The notes below the pieces were generated by a model. That model was not told the origin of the DNA, did no database searches, and was given only the letters and a program-made list of their open reading frames with translations. 64,000 nt of DNA from Betaproteobacteria bacterium (GTDB taxonomy: Bacteria > Pseudomonadota > Gammaproteobacteria > Burkholderiales > SG8-41), in assembly GCA_016868035.1 (NCBI GenBank), contig VGID01000017.1:430-64429 (forward strand). Direction: 5' to 3'. The position numbers and the translations under genes are program-made. Below are positions 54,988 through 62,831 of the stretch, one piece after another. How positions within the stretch are numbered: the stretch's first letter is position 1; every line of letters begins with the position of its first letter.

Positions 54988-55694
54988 CTTGTTTCGAATT
55001 TCGAAGGCTGATACTCGCGAGTCCGCGCGAGCGCAGCGCCGCCCAGGAGCAGCACAAGGCGGCGTGTGCCGCGTGCGCCGCGCTCGCGCGCGAGATGGAC
55101 AATTTCGAGTCGCGCATCCATGAGGCCGCGCTCGTGCCGATGCCCGAAGCGCTCGCGGAGCGGGTGCTGCTGCGAGGGCAAGTCGAGCGGCAACGCAGCA
55201 GGCTGCGCGTGTGGGCGTTCGCGGCCACCGTGATGCTCGCGCTGGGTCTCGGGCTCGTGCTGGTGCGCGACGAGACGGCGCCGCCGGATGGCGTGCGGAG
55301 CGCGGCTGCGCTGGGCGAAGCGCATCCCGCCGTGGCGGCGATATCGTACGTGATTGACGAGGAGCCGCGCCTGCTCGCGGAGAACCGATTTTTCGATCCG
55401 GCAGCGATGCGCCAGGCACTGGCGGATCTCGGCCTGAATCTTCCGGCAGAAAACGTGGCGGTGCGCTATCTGGGCAAGTGCCCGGTGCCCGGAGGCAGCG
55501 GAGAGCACGTCGTGCTCACGACGCCGTTCGGCCAGGTCTCGCTCATCCTTGTTCCGGACCTGCCGTTCGGCCCGCGCGTGCTGGTGTGGCACCGCGACCG
55601 GGCGGCGCTCGCGAGAGCGCAGCGCGCCGGCGGTTACATTCTCGTCGGCGATACGGTCGCGACCGTCACGCAGCTCGAAAAGCTGCTGCTGTAG
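54984..55694 (+). CDS. Membrane anti-sigma factor (DUF3379-like) with HxxxCxxC zinc/redox motif
   Basis: ATGA overlap with the sigma gene. N-terminus MTCFEFRRLILASPRERSAAQEQHKAACAACAALAREM contains H-x3-C-x2-C. A single TM helix (VWAFAATVMLALGLGLVLV) is followed by a periplasmic C-terminal domain. Confidence 0.7.
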   Translation: MTCFEFRRLILASPRERSAAQEQHKAACAACAALAREMDNFESRIHEAALVPMPEALAERVLLRGQVERQRSRLRVWAFAATVMLALGLGLVLVRDETAPPDGVRSAAALGEAHPAVAAISYVIDEEPRLLAENRFFDPAAMRQALADLGLNLPAENVAVRYLGKCPVPGGSGEHVVLTTPFGQVSLILVPDLPFGPRVLVWHRDRAALARAQRAGGYILVGDTVATVTQLEKLLL

Positions 55695-55791
55695 GCGGGC
55701 GCGCCCGCTTCAGTGGGCGCTCCAGCGTGCGTGCGCTCCGGGCATCCAGCCGGAGGACGCGAGGCCTCCCGCGCAGTTCGTCCGGCCGGTT

Positions 55792-56880
55792 TCATCCCGT
55801 CTCGAGCGGCAGCCGCACCGCCTGCCCAGTGCGCGCGGAGCGCTCGATCGCGAGCGTCGTTTCCAGGTTGATGCGCGCCTGCTCGGGCGTGGTGTGCGCG
55901 GTGGGCTGTCCGGTCACGAGGTGGTCGAGCCACGCGCGGGTCTCGTTGCCGATCGGGCCCCAGAACTCGCCCACCGCCCAGTCTCCCGCGGTATTGCTTC
56001 CCAGGAACGCCAGGTTGACCTGGTGGTCCGGAACGTAGGGATGGGGAATGCCTTTTTCGCTGTAGAGCAGGTGGTCCATGTGATCGTCGTCGATGATCAT
56101 CGTGCCCTCGGCCCCGAGCAGCTCGACCCGGTCGGACTGGCCGAGGGTCGGGTATTTCTCGGGCAGCGCGTAGCTCACACCCAGGTTGATGACGGCGCCG
56201 TCGGCGAAGGTGACGAGCGCCCAGGTGACGTCCGGAGCGCTGTAGCCCCTGCTCTTGAACAGCCCCGACTGGCCGCGCGCGACCACCTCGACCGGGCGGT
56301 TGCCTTCGAGGAACCAGCACATGAGATCCACGTAGTAGGTGAGCACGTCCATCACCGGGGTCGCGTGGGGATCGCGCTTGAGTATCGCGAACGCCTGCGC
56401 GCGGGTGTTGTAGACGCGCGCGAGCCCGCCCACTACCTTGCCGAGCTGCCCGTGCAGCATCTGCTCCTTGGCACGGAGAAAGCATTCCTTGAAGCGGCGG
56501 CTGTATCCGATCCGCAGGATTCCGTCGGTGCGCCGGAGCGTCGCGAGGATGTCATCGGCGTCCTCGAGCGTGAGCGCCAGCGGCTTTTCCACCAGCACGG
56601 CCTTGCCCAGCTCGAGCGCCCTGCGCACCGGCTCGGCGTGCTGGCCCTCGGGAGTGGAGACGAACACCGCGCTCACTTCCGGGCGTTCGATGACCTCGAG
56701 GTTGTCGCCCGAATGGAGATCGGCGCCCGCCACTTCGGCCAGCGCGCGCGCGCGCCGGGGATCGAGATCGGAGACGGCGAGAAAACCGACCGCCGGGTGC
56801 CTGGCAGCGAGGCGCGCGCGCAACGTGCCGATGCGTCCGGCGCCGACCACCGCGATGCCGAGCCCCTTACGCTCTTTCAT
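55792..56880 (-). CDS. Gfo/Idh/MocA-family oxidoreductase
   Basis: LGIAVVGAGRIGTLRARL (Rossmann fold) and VLVEKPLALTLEDAD are typical of the family. Confidence 0.85.
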   Translation of the reverse strand: MKERKGLGIAVVGAGRIGTLRARLAARHPAVGFLAVSDLDPRRARALAEVAGADLHSGDNLEVIERPEVSAVFVSTPEGQHAEPVRRALELGKAVLVEKPLALTLEDADDILATLRRTDGILRIGYSRRFKECFLRAKEQMLHGQLGKVVGGLARVYNTRAQAFAILKRDPHATPVMDVLTYYVDLMCWFLEGNRPVEVVARGQSGLFKSRGYSAPDVTWALVTFADGAVINLGVSYALPEKYPTLGQSDRVELLGAEGTMIIDDDHMDHLLYSEKGIPHPYVPDHQVNLAFLGSNTAGDWAVGEFWGPIGNETRAWLDHLVTGQPTAHTTPEQARINLETTLAIERSARTGQAVRLPLETG

Positions 56881-57293
56881 TTTTCGCTCCCGGCCCTGTC
56901 AAGAAAAGCGTCAACGCGAGTCGGCGTTTCCTGCGTGCTGCCGCGCGCGACGTCGGCCACCGGAAAGAAGCACAGCAGCATCAGCGGCTCGGCGCCGGTG
57001 TTGCGCGTGACGTGCATTTCGCCCGGCGGGATCAGGATCGCGTCGCCCGCCTTGAGCGCGTATTCGCCGCTGTCGGCGTGCGTCGTGCCCGCGCCCGAGA
57101 GCACGTAGATGCATTCCTCGAAATCGTTGTGCCGGTGCGGCCCGCGCGGGGTGTCGCCCGGCCCGGGCACGGGTATTTCCACCAGCCGCAATGTCACGGC
57201 CCGCGAGCCGCTCTCGCCCGATACGAACTCGAGCGAGGTGCGGCCGGGCAGTCCGAGATTCCGGGCGTCCGCCCGCGTGACCCTGCGCGCCAT
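56877..57293 (-). CDS. Cupin-domain protein
   Basis: The ATG (57293-57291) shares one nt with the stop of the upstream creatininase gene. PHRHNDFEECIYVLSGAGT...GDAILIPPGEMHVTRN is a cupin_2 motif. The longer ORF to 57674 overlaps the neighbouring gene. Confidence 0.75.
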   Translation of the reverse strand: MARRVTRADARNLGLPGRTSLEFVSGESGSRAVTLRLVEIPVPGPGDTPRGPHRHNDFEECIYVLSGAGTTHADSGEYALKAGDAILIPPGEMHVTRNTGAEPLMLLCFFPVADVARGSTQETPTRVDAFLDRAGSEK

Positions 57294-58090
57294 CAGCTCG
57301 CCACTTTCAGGTGCTTCATCTCGGCCGTGCCGCCCTGCTCCTCGTCGAGCAGCCGGAAGATCTCGGTTGCTTCCTTCGCGATGGCGTCGGCGATCGCCTC
57401 GAGCATGCGCCTGCCCTTCTCCACGGTCGCGTGATCGGGGCTGCCGTACCATCCGGTCGGGGCGATCGTCCGGATGTCGCGCAGCACCGGCTGATAGCTG
57501 CGCGTGCGGCGCAGCTTGTCCCACTTGCGCCCGCGCGCCTGGTCCGAGGAGTGCTCGATGCGCTCCAGGTGCACGAGGTCGGGGCGGCAGGCGAGCACCG
57601 CGAGGGCCTCGATCTCGCCGCCGTGCGTGAGCCCGCCGCACTCGTGTCCGAAAAGCTCCGCGGCGACATAGCATGCCTGCACCGTGAGCACCGTCATGCC
57701 GTGCTCGCGGTGGAGCCGCTCGGCGGCGATCGCGAGCGAGGGAATGTTGCCCTCGTGCCAGTTGAGGATAAGCAGGTAGCGCGCGCCGTGCTGGGCGGTC
57801 GAGACGCAGGTCTCGGTCACGACGCGCTGGTAGGTATCGGGCGTGAGCGTGATCGTGCCTTCGAACGGCATGTGCATCGGGGTGACCCCGAGGGGGCCTC
57901 CCGGGAGCACGAGGGCGTCCATGCGCTCGGCCACCGCGTGCGCGATCACGTTGGCCGCGAAGATGTCGGTGCCGGCCGGGAGATGGGGCCCGTGCTGCTC
58001 GACGCTGCCCGCGGGCAGAACCACCAGCGGGTTCTTTTTCAACTGTGCGGCGATCTCCGGCTGCGTGAGATCGACGAAATATCGGCTCAT
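57293..58090 (-). CDS. Creatininase-family (creatinine amidohydrolase-like) protein
   Basis: VVLPAGSVEQHGPHLPAGTDIF, LILNWHEGN and THGGEIEALAVL are typical of the creatininase/FAPy deformylase family. Confidence 0.85.
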   Translation of the reverse strand: MSRYFVDLTQPEIAAQLKKNPLVVLPAGSVEQHGPHLPAGTDIFAANVIAHAVAERMDALVLPGGPLGVTPMHMPFEGTITLTPDTYQRVVTETCVSTAQHGARYLLILNWHEGNIPSLAIAAERLHREHGMTVLTVQACYVAAELFGHECGGLTHGGEIEALAVLACRPDLVHLERIEHSSDQARGRKWDKLRRTRSYQPVLRDIRTIAPTGWYGSPDHATVEKGRRMLEAIADAIAKEATEIFRLLDEEQGGTAEMKHLKVAS

Positions 58091-58097
58091 AAATCCG

Positions 58098-58125
58098 GTG
58101 AATCGTGAATGGTGAATCGTGAATC
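58098..58125. repeat. 4 x 7-bp tandem repeat (GTGAATC/GTGAATG) directly upstream of the creatininase gene start
   Basis: GTGAATC GTGAATG GTGAATC GTGAATC, beginning 8 nt from the start codon of the minus-strand gene. Confidence 0.8.
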
Positions 58126-58178
58126 GAAGAACCTGTCCTGTTTTTCAGCGTTTTGCGGTCCGATTAGTGCTTCTAGTT

Positions 58179-58214
58179 ATCGCTCATCGGCGTTTATCGG
58201 CGTTCATCGGCGGT
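58179..58214. repeat. ATCGGCG-type decamer array, second copy of the 32624-32653 motif
   Basis: ATCGCTC ATCGGCGTTT ATCGGCGTTC ATCGGCGGT. Positions 58185-58214 match 32624-32653 at 29 of 30 nt. Confidence 0.7.
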
Positions 58215-58249
58215 TGCATTGATGCTCGACGATTATCGAGGCGACGAGC

Positions 58250-59341
58250 TCACGCGGCATGGCGCGCGCTCGCGCCGACCCTGCCCGCGGCCTCCTCCAT
58301 GACCTCGGAGAGCTTTACGTACTGGCCGCTGCGCTCGACCGACTTCAGCGCGGCGTAGACCACCGCGACAGCGACGTTGCCGTTGTGCGCGTTCAACTCG
58401 CCCGGCTTGCCGGTGCGGCAGCTCGCGGCGAACATCTCCAGCTCCGCGCGGAACATGTCGCTCTCGGGGATCCTGATCTCCTCGCGCTTGCCGTAGCCGT
58501 CCTTGCCGCGCTGGATGTAGAGCGTGGAGGCCGTGTGCAGCAGGTGGGGGGTGTCCCACGTGCCGAAGTCGATCTCGTAGTGCATGAGGCCCTTCTGGCC
58601 GAACACGCGCACGCAGAACACGCCCGGAGACGTCCAGCACGAGCCGACATATCCCACCTTGCCGTCGGCGAACCTGAGGAGCGTCATGGACTGGTCGTCC
58701 ACCTCGGCGCCCACGGGGGAGAGCTTCGATGCCATCGAGGAGACTTCCCGGATTTCGCCCCCCAGCAGGTGCAGCACGTCGAACTGGTGGATCGCGAGCT
58801 GCGAGAGCGGGCCGCCCGGCGCCCGGTCCTTGTACCAGCGCCAGGTCTGCGGCGTGAGCTCGAGCGCGCGCTCGTTGGAGAAATTCGCTTCCAGAAACGC
58901 GATGCGGCCGAGCTCCCCCTTGTCGATACTCTGCTTGATGAGGCGGATGCCCGCCATCAGCCGCGCGCTGTGGCCGACGGTGACCGTGATGCCGTGCTGC
59001 TTCTCGAGCGCGGCGATCCTGAGGCCGTCCTCGAGCGTCTGGGCAATGGGCTTCTCGGTATAGACGTGCTTCTTCGCCTTCGCCACCTCTTCGGCGAGCG
59101 GGTAGTGCTGCTCGTTGGGCACCGTCAGGATCACGCCCTTCACCTCGGGATCGGCGAGCAGGGTCTTGAGGTCGGGCGCGGCCGGCACTCCGAATTCCTT
59201 CTCGAACGCGGCGCGTTTTTCCTCGGAGCGGCTGTAGGCGGCGACGATCTTCACCTCACCGGACTTCTGCACGGCGCGGGTGAGCACTTTCGCCCACCGA
59301 CCGAGGCCGACGATTCCTACCCTGACGGGGGACTGACTCAC
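58250..59341 (-). CDS. Gfo/Idh/MocA-family oxidoreductase
   Basis: VRVGIVGLGRWAKVLTRAV (Rossmann fold) and VYTEKPIAQTLEDG, plus a C-terminal alpha/beta domain. Confidence 0.85.
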   Translation of the reverse strand: MSQSPVRVGIVGLGRWAKVLTRAVQKSGEVKIVAAYSRSEEKRAAFEKEFGVPAAPDLKTLLADPEVKGVILTVPNEQHYPLAEEVAKAKKHVYTEKPIAQTLEDGLRIAALEKQHGITVTVGHSARLMAGIRLIKQSIDKGELGRIAFLEANFSNERALELTPQTWRWYKDRAPGGPLSQLAIHQFDVLHLLGGEIREVSSMASKLSPVGAEVDDQSMTLLRFADGKVGYVGSCWTSPGVFCVRVFGQKGLMHYEIDFGTWDTPHLLHTASTLYIQRGKDGYGKREEIRIPESDMFRAELEMFAASCRTGKPGELNAHNGNVAVAVVYAALKSVERSGQYVKLSEVMEEAAGRVGASARHAA

Positions 59342-59472
59342 GGGGCGATTCCTGGCTGGTCCTGCAAAAACGGGATTCTACACCGGGCCCGCCCGATCGT
59401 CCGGCTCGGCGTATGCGCTCGTTGGTGATGATCTAGAATGGAACGCGGCAGCGACGACGACAGGAGGTTTTC

Positions 59473-60039
59473 ATGGCACGCATCAGTTATGTGGATCCCG
59501 GGACCATCCGGGATCCCCAGATCCGGAGGTGGCTCGAGGAGGCGATCTCGGCCGGCCGGCCCGGTCCCGAGAATCAGGCGATCCGCGCGCACCAGCCGGA
59601 CGTGATGCGCTCGTTCACGCTTACGCGCGAGATGCTCTTCGACAACGGCGCGGGCGTGGTCGAGCCGGATTTGAAGGAGCTGCTGCGTGCGTACGTTGCC
59701 TTCACCGTCGAGTGCGGCTACTGAAGCAACCAGGGAACCGCGCGGTCCGCGCGGGAAGCCGGCAGCCGCATGGTGGAGCTCATGGGATACGAGAAGTCCG
59801 GGCGTTTCACGCGCCGCGAGAAGGTCGCGCTGCGCTACGCCGACGCGATCATGTACGATCCCGCGCAAGCCGACGACCCGTTGTGGGCGGATCTGCACGC
59901 CGAGTTCACGGAGCCGGAGCTGGTGGAGCTCGGCTACTGGGTCGGCTTCACCTTCGGCGGGCAGCGCTGGCTGAAAACGCTCGCCGCGAAGCAGGGCGAG
60001 CTCGCCGAGTTCCTCGCGCAAAAAAAAGCGGGCGCCTAG
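59473..60039 (+). CDS. Carboxymuconolactone decarboxylase / AhpD-like family protein with in-frame TGA at the CxxC position: candidate selenoprotein (CGYU), alternatively a nonsense pseudogene
   Basis: ORFs 59473-59724 and 59770-60039 are in the same frame, separated only by TGA 59722-59724. Read through, the sequence is ..LKELLRAYVAFTVECGY[TGA]SNQGTARSAREAG..FTRREKVALRYADAIM.., which stays colinear with the family pattern ..CxYCxxxHTxxARxAG..FTxxERAALxxAEA... Strong RBS acaggagg upstream. Confidence 0.6.
59730..59762 (+). promoter_or_regulatory. SECIS-like stem-loop downstream of the in-frame TGA
   Basis: Lower stem CC(A)GG/CCGG and an internal loop. The upper stem is CCGCGC(G)/(C)GCGCGG (59738-59754) with an apical GGUCC loop. 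The G-U of the loop sits at +24/+25 from the U of UGA. Confidence 0.45.
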
Positions 60040-60047
60040 GCGCCCGC
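60020..60047 (-). terminator. Rho-independent terminator for the minus-strand Bug gene, embedded in the last codons of the plus-strand CMD gene
   Basis: GCGGGCGCC-TA-GGCGCCCGC (9-bp arms). On the minus strand it is followed by T8 (A8 at 60020-60027). It lies 56 nt past the Bug gene stop. Confidence 0.65.
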
Positions 60048-60102
60048 CTGCGTCTTCCGGTCCGGACGGAAAGGCGCGATCGCCCTCCCGGTCGCACGGA
60101 GC

Positions 60103-61080
60103 CTATTCAGGCTGCAGGCCGGCGGCTTTCGCGACCTTGCCCGTATCGATGAGTTCCTTCTGCACGTACTTGCGGAACTCCTCCGGCGTGCTCGTCGTGA
60201 TGAGCACGCCCTGTTCCTCCAGTCGCTTCTTCGTTTCCGGCGCATTGACGACCTTGATCGTCGCCGCGCGCAGCTTGGCGAGAATCGGCTTCGGCGTGCC
60301 CTTGGGAGCGAGAAGCCCGAGCCAGCCGCTATAGGTGAATCCGGGTATGGTGTTCACGATCGGCGGGATGCCTTCGACGACAGGCGAGTTGTTCGGCAGG
60401 CTTTGCCCCAGCACGCGCAGCCTCCCGGCCTTGATCTGGGCCATGTTCGCGGGTGCGGGCCCCACCGCCCACGAGGCTTCCCCGGAGATGACCGCAGCGA
60501 CTAGCGGGCCACCGCCCTTGTACGGCACGTGCACGGAGTCGAGCCCCGCCAGCATCGCGAACTTTGCTCCCGCAAAATGGCTCTGCGAACCGGTGCCGGC
60601 GGAACCCATGTTGATCTTGCCGGGATTCGCCTTGATCCAGTCCACAAACTCCCGGACCGTCTTGGCTGGCGTCTTCGGGTTCACGACGAGCACGTTCGGC
60701 GTGATGCCGACGAGCGTGATGAATTCGTAGTCCTTGATCGGATCGTACGGCAGCTTCTTGACGATATGGGGCCGGATGGTCATGGCTGCCGTGGATGCCC
60801 AGATCAGCGTGTACCCGTCCGCAACGGCGAGCTTGCCGATCTCCATGCCGATCGCGCCACCCGCGCCGCCGCGATTGTCCACGACGAGCTGTTGCGCGAC
60901 CGCCTCGCTCATCGCCGTCGCGTAGATGCGCCCCGTGACGTCGACCGACGCGCCCGGCGTGTTGGGGATGATGAAGCGGACGGGCTTGTCGGGGTAGTTT
61001 TTGGCAGGGTCCGCTGCGAGCCCCGGGCCCGCGGACACGAGCAGCGCCAGCGCGCTCAAAAGAAGCTGGTGCGTTTTCAT
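60103..61080 (-). CDS. Tripartite tricarboxylate transporter substrate-binding protein (Bug/TctC family)
   Basis: ATG at 61080. Signal peptide MKTHQLLLSALALLVSAGPGLA. YPDKPVRFIIPNTPGASVDVTGR, VVDNRGGAGGAIG, GSAGTGSQSHFAG and VHVPYKGGGP. Confidence 0.9.
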   Translation of the reverse strand: MKTHQLLLSALALLVSAGPGLAADPAKNYPDKPVRFIIPNTPGASVDVTGRIYATAMSEAVAQQLVVDNRGGAGGAIGMEIGKLAVADGYTLIWASTAAMTIRPHIVKKLPYDPIKDYEFITLVGITPNVLVVNPKTPAKTVREFVDWIKANPGKINMGSAGTGSQSHFAGAKFAMLAGLDSVHVPYKGGGPLVAAVISGEASWAVGPAPANMAQIKAGRLRVLGQSLPNNSPVVEGIPPIVNTIPGFTYSGWLGLLAPKGTPKPILAKLRAATIKVVNAPETKKRLEEQGVLITTSTPEEFRKYVQKELIDTGKVAKAAGLQPE

Positions 61081-61252
61081 GGCTCCTCCGTGGTTTTCTG
61101 TTCTGGGCGCCGATCGACGCGGCGAACGCGGACCATTCTGGACGCAATGCCCGCAGTGCGCAACTGGAAGCCCGGCGCCGCGCTGGCGCCGGCTTCGGGG
61201 ACATCCACGTGCCCCGTCGTAGGCCACGGAAATCTGAATTAGAATCGCGTTC

Positions 61253-62155
61253 ATGCGCAGACTCGTCCTCCTTTCCGCGGCCCTGCTGCTCGGCGCGTGC
61301 GGGCTGCTGCCCGTCGACCACAACGGGACGGGAGCCCCGCGCGAAGCAGCGATCGTGCCGCTCAGGTCGGAGCGCCCGCTCATCGCGCTCGCGCTCGGCG
61401 GCGGCGGCGCGCGCGGCTTCGCCCACGTCGGGGTGATCAAGGCGCTGGAGGAGGCGGGCATCGTGCCCGACATCATCACCGGCTCGAGTTCCGGCGCAGT
61501 GGTCGCCGCGCTGTATGCCGCCGGGCATTCGGCGCCGGCGCTGGAGACCATCGCGCTTTCCACGGAAGAAGGAGACCTGCTCGACTTCGCGTGGTTCGGG
61601 CGCGGCTGGGTGAGAGGAGAGGCGCTGCAGGAGTTCGTCAACCGCATGGTGGATGAGCGGCCGATCGAGCGGCTGCCGCGCGCGTTCGCGGTGGTTGCGA
61701 CGCAAGCGAGAAGCGGGCGCCAGACCGTGTTCAACCGCGGTGACACGGGGCTCGCCGTGCGCGCTTCGGCAAGCGTGCCGAATCTGTTCGTCCCGCCGGT
61801 GATCCACGGAGAGGAGTACGTGGACGGCGGGCTCACGAGCCCCGTTCCGGTCCGGCTCGCCCGCGCGATGGGAGCGGACGTGGTGATCGCGGTGGATGTG
61901 TCGTGGTTCGCCCAGGCGCGCGATGCGAACGCCGCGGCGATGTCCCAGTACGGACGCACCGGCCGCAATGCGCTGCGGGCCGGGGAGCTCGCGTCCGCGG
62001 ACGTCGTGGTGACGCCGCGCACGATGCGCGCGCGCATGCTCGACTTCGACCGCAAGTTCGAGAACATCGGAGCGGGCGAAGCCGCAGGGCGCGAAGCGCT
62101 GCCCGAGATCCGGGAGATCATCGGCCGGGCTGCGGCGCGCAGGGCACAGCGATAA
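61253..62155 (+). CDS. Patatin-like phospholipase lipoprotein
   Basis: Lipobox LLLGAC. LALGGGGARGFAHVGVIKALEEAGI (oxyanion hole), GSSSGAVVAALYA (GxSxG) and VDGGLTSPVP (catalytic Asp). Confidence 0.85.
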   Translation: MRRLVLLSAALLLGACGLLPVDHNGTGAPREAAIVPLRSERPLIALALGGGGARGFAHVGVIKALEEAGIVPDIITGSSSGAVVAALYAAGHSAPALETIALSTEEGDLLDFAWFGRGWVRGEALQEFVNRMVDERPIERLPRAFAVVATQARSGRQTVFNRGDTGLAVRASASVPNLFVPPVIHGEEYVDGGLTSPVPVRLARAMGADVVIAVDVSWFAQARDANAAAMSQYGRTGRNALRAGELASADVVVTPRTMRARMLDFDRKFENIGAGEAAGREALPEIREIIGRAAARRAQR

Positions 62156-62172
62156 GCGATGGATGGCGAACG

Positions 62173-62761
62173 ATGAACGAAAAACAACGGGCACAGGCGA
62201 ATCGGGATCGCAGGCGTATCCGAAGCTTTGTAGCGGCGGTCGGGGCGGCGAGCTTGTGGTGCTGCGCCGCCGCTCTCGCCGCCGAGCAGCGTTCGTACGG
62301 GGGGGGAGGCTCGCGACTGGAACATCGCGCCCACGACGGTGCTGCGCACTTCCGAATACCATGCGCCGACGCCGCGGGAGATTCCGGGCGGGCGGGTCGT
62401 GAGGACGCTCGAGCTCGTCGCCATGCTCGGGAAGGGGCCGCGGCCCTACCTGATCGACGTGCTCGGCGGCGGCGTGCACCGCACGATCGCCGGAGCATTC
62501 TGGCTGGCCGGCGCCGGCGCGGGCGACATGAGCGCGGAGGAGCAGCGGCGCTTCGACCGGGCGCTGGGCAACTTCGCGGCCGGTGACAAGGGCAGGCCGC
62601 TCGTTTTCTTCTGTTCCGACGCTCAGTGCTGGCTTTCGTACAATGCGGCGCTGCGCGCGATCGCGGCCGGCTACACCAACATCATGTGGTACCGCGGCGG
62701 CATCGCCGCCTGGCACCACGCCGATCAACCAATGCAGCAATCGGAACCCTTCGCCTGGTAG
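62173..62761 (+). pseudogene. CXXCW-motif rhodanese-like periplasmic protein (PQQ-catabolism-associated family) split by a frameshift in a G8 tract
   Basis: The signal peptide MNEKQRAQANRDRRRIRSFVAAVGAASLWCCAAALAA is in frame 1 (from ATG 62173). The domain DWNIAPTTVLRTSEYHAPTP...PLVFFCSDAQCWLSYNAALRA..WYRGGIAAW is in frame 2 and ends at 62761. The frames meet at GGGGGGGG (62299-62306). Deleting one G gives one continuous ~195-aa ORF. Confidence 0.6.
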
Positions 62762-62831
62762 TGCGTGCCCGCCGCCGGGGTGCGCTGGAAAAAGGCCGCG
62801 TTTCGGTTAGACTTCGGGCGGGGAGGGAAAC

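Noticed and set aside
60329-62740. 803-aa minus-strand ORF (and the 773-aa ORF 60103-62424 beyond residue ~326)
   Set aside because: Only the 3' third of 60103-62424 (the Bug protein from ATG 61080) shows family motifs and a signal peptide. The rest is antisense to the patatin and CXXCW genes.
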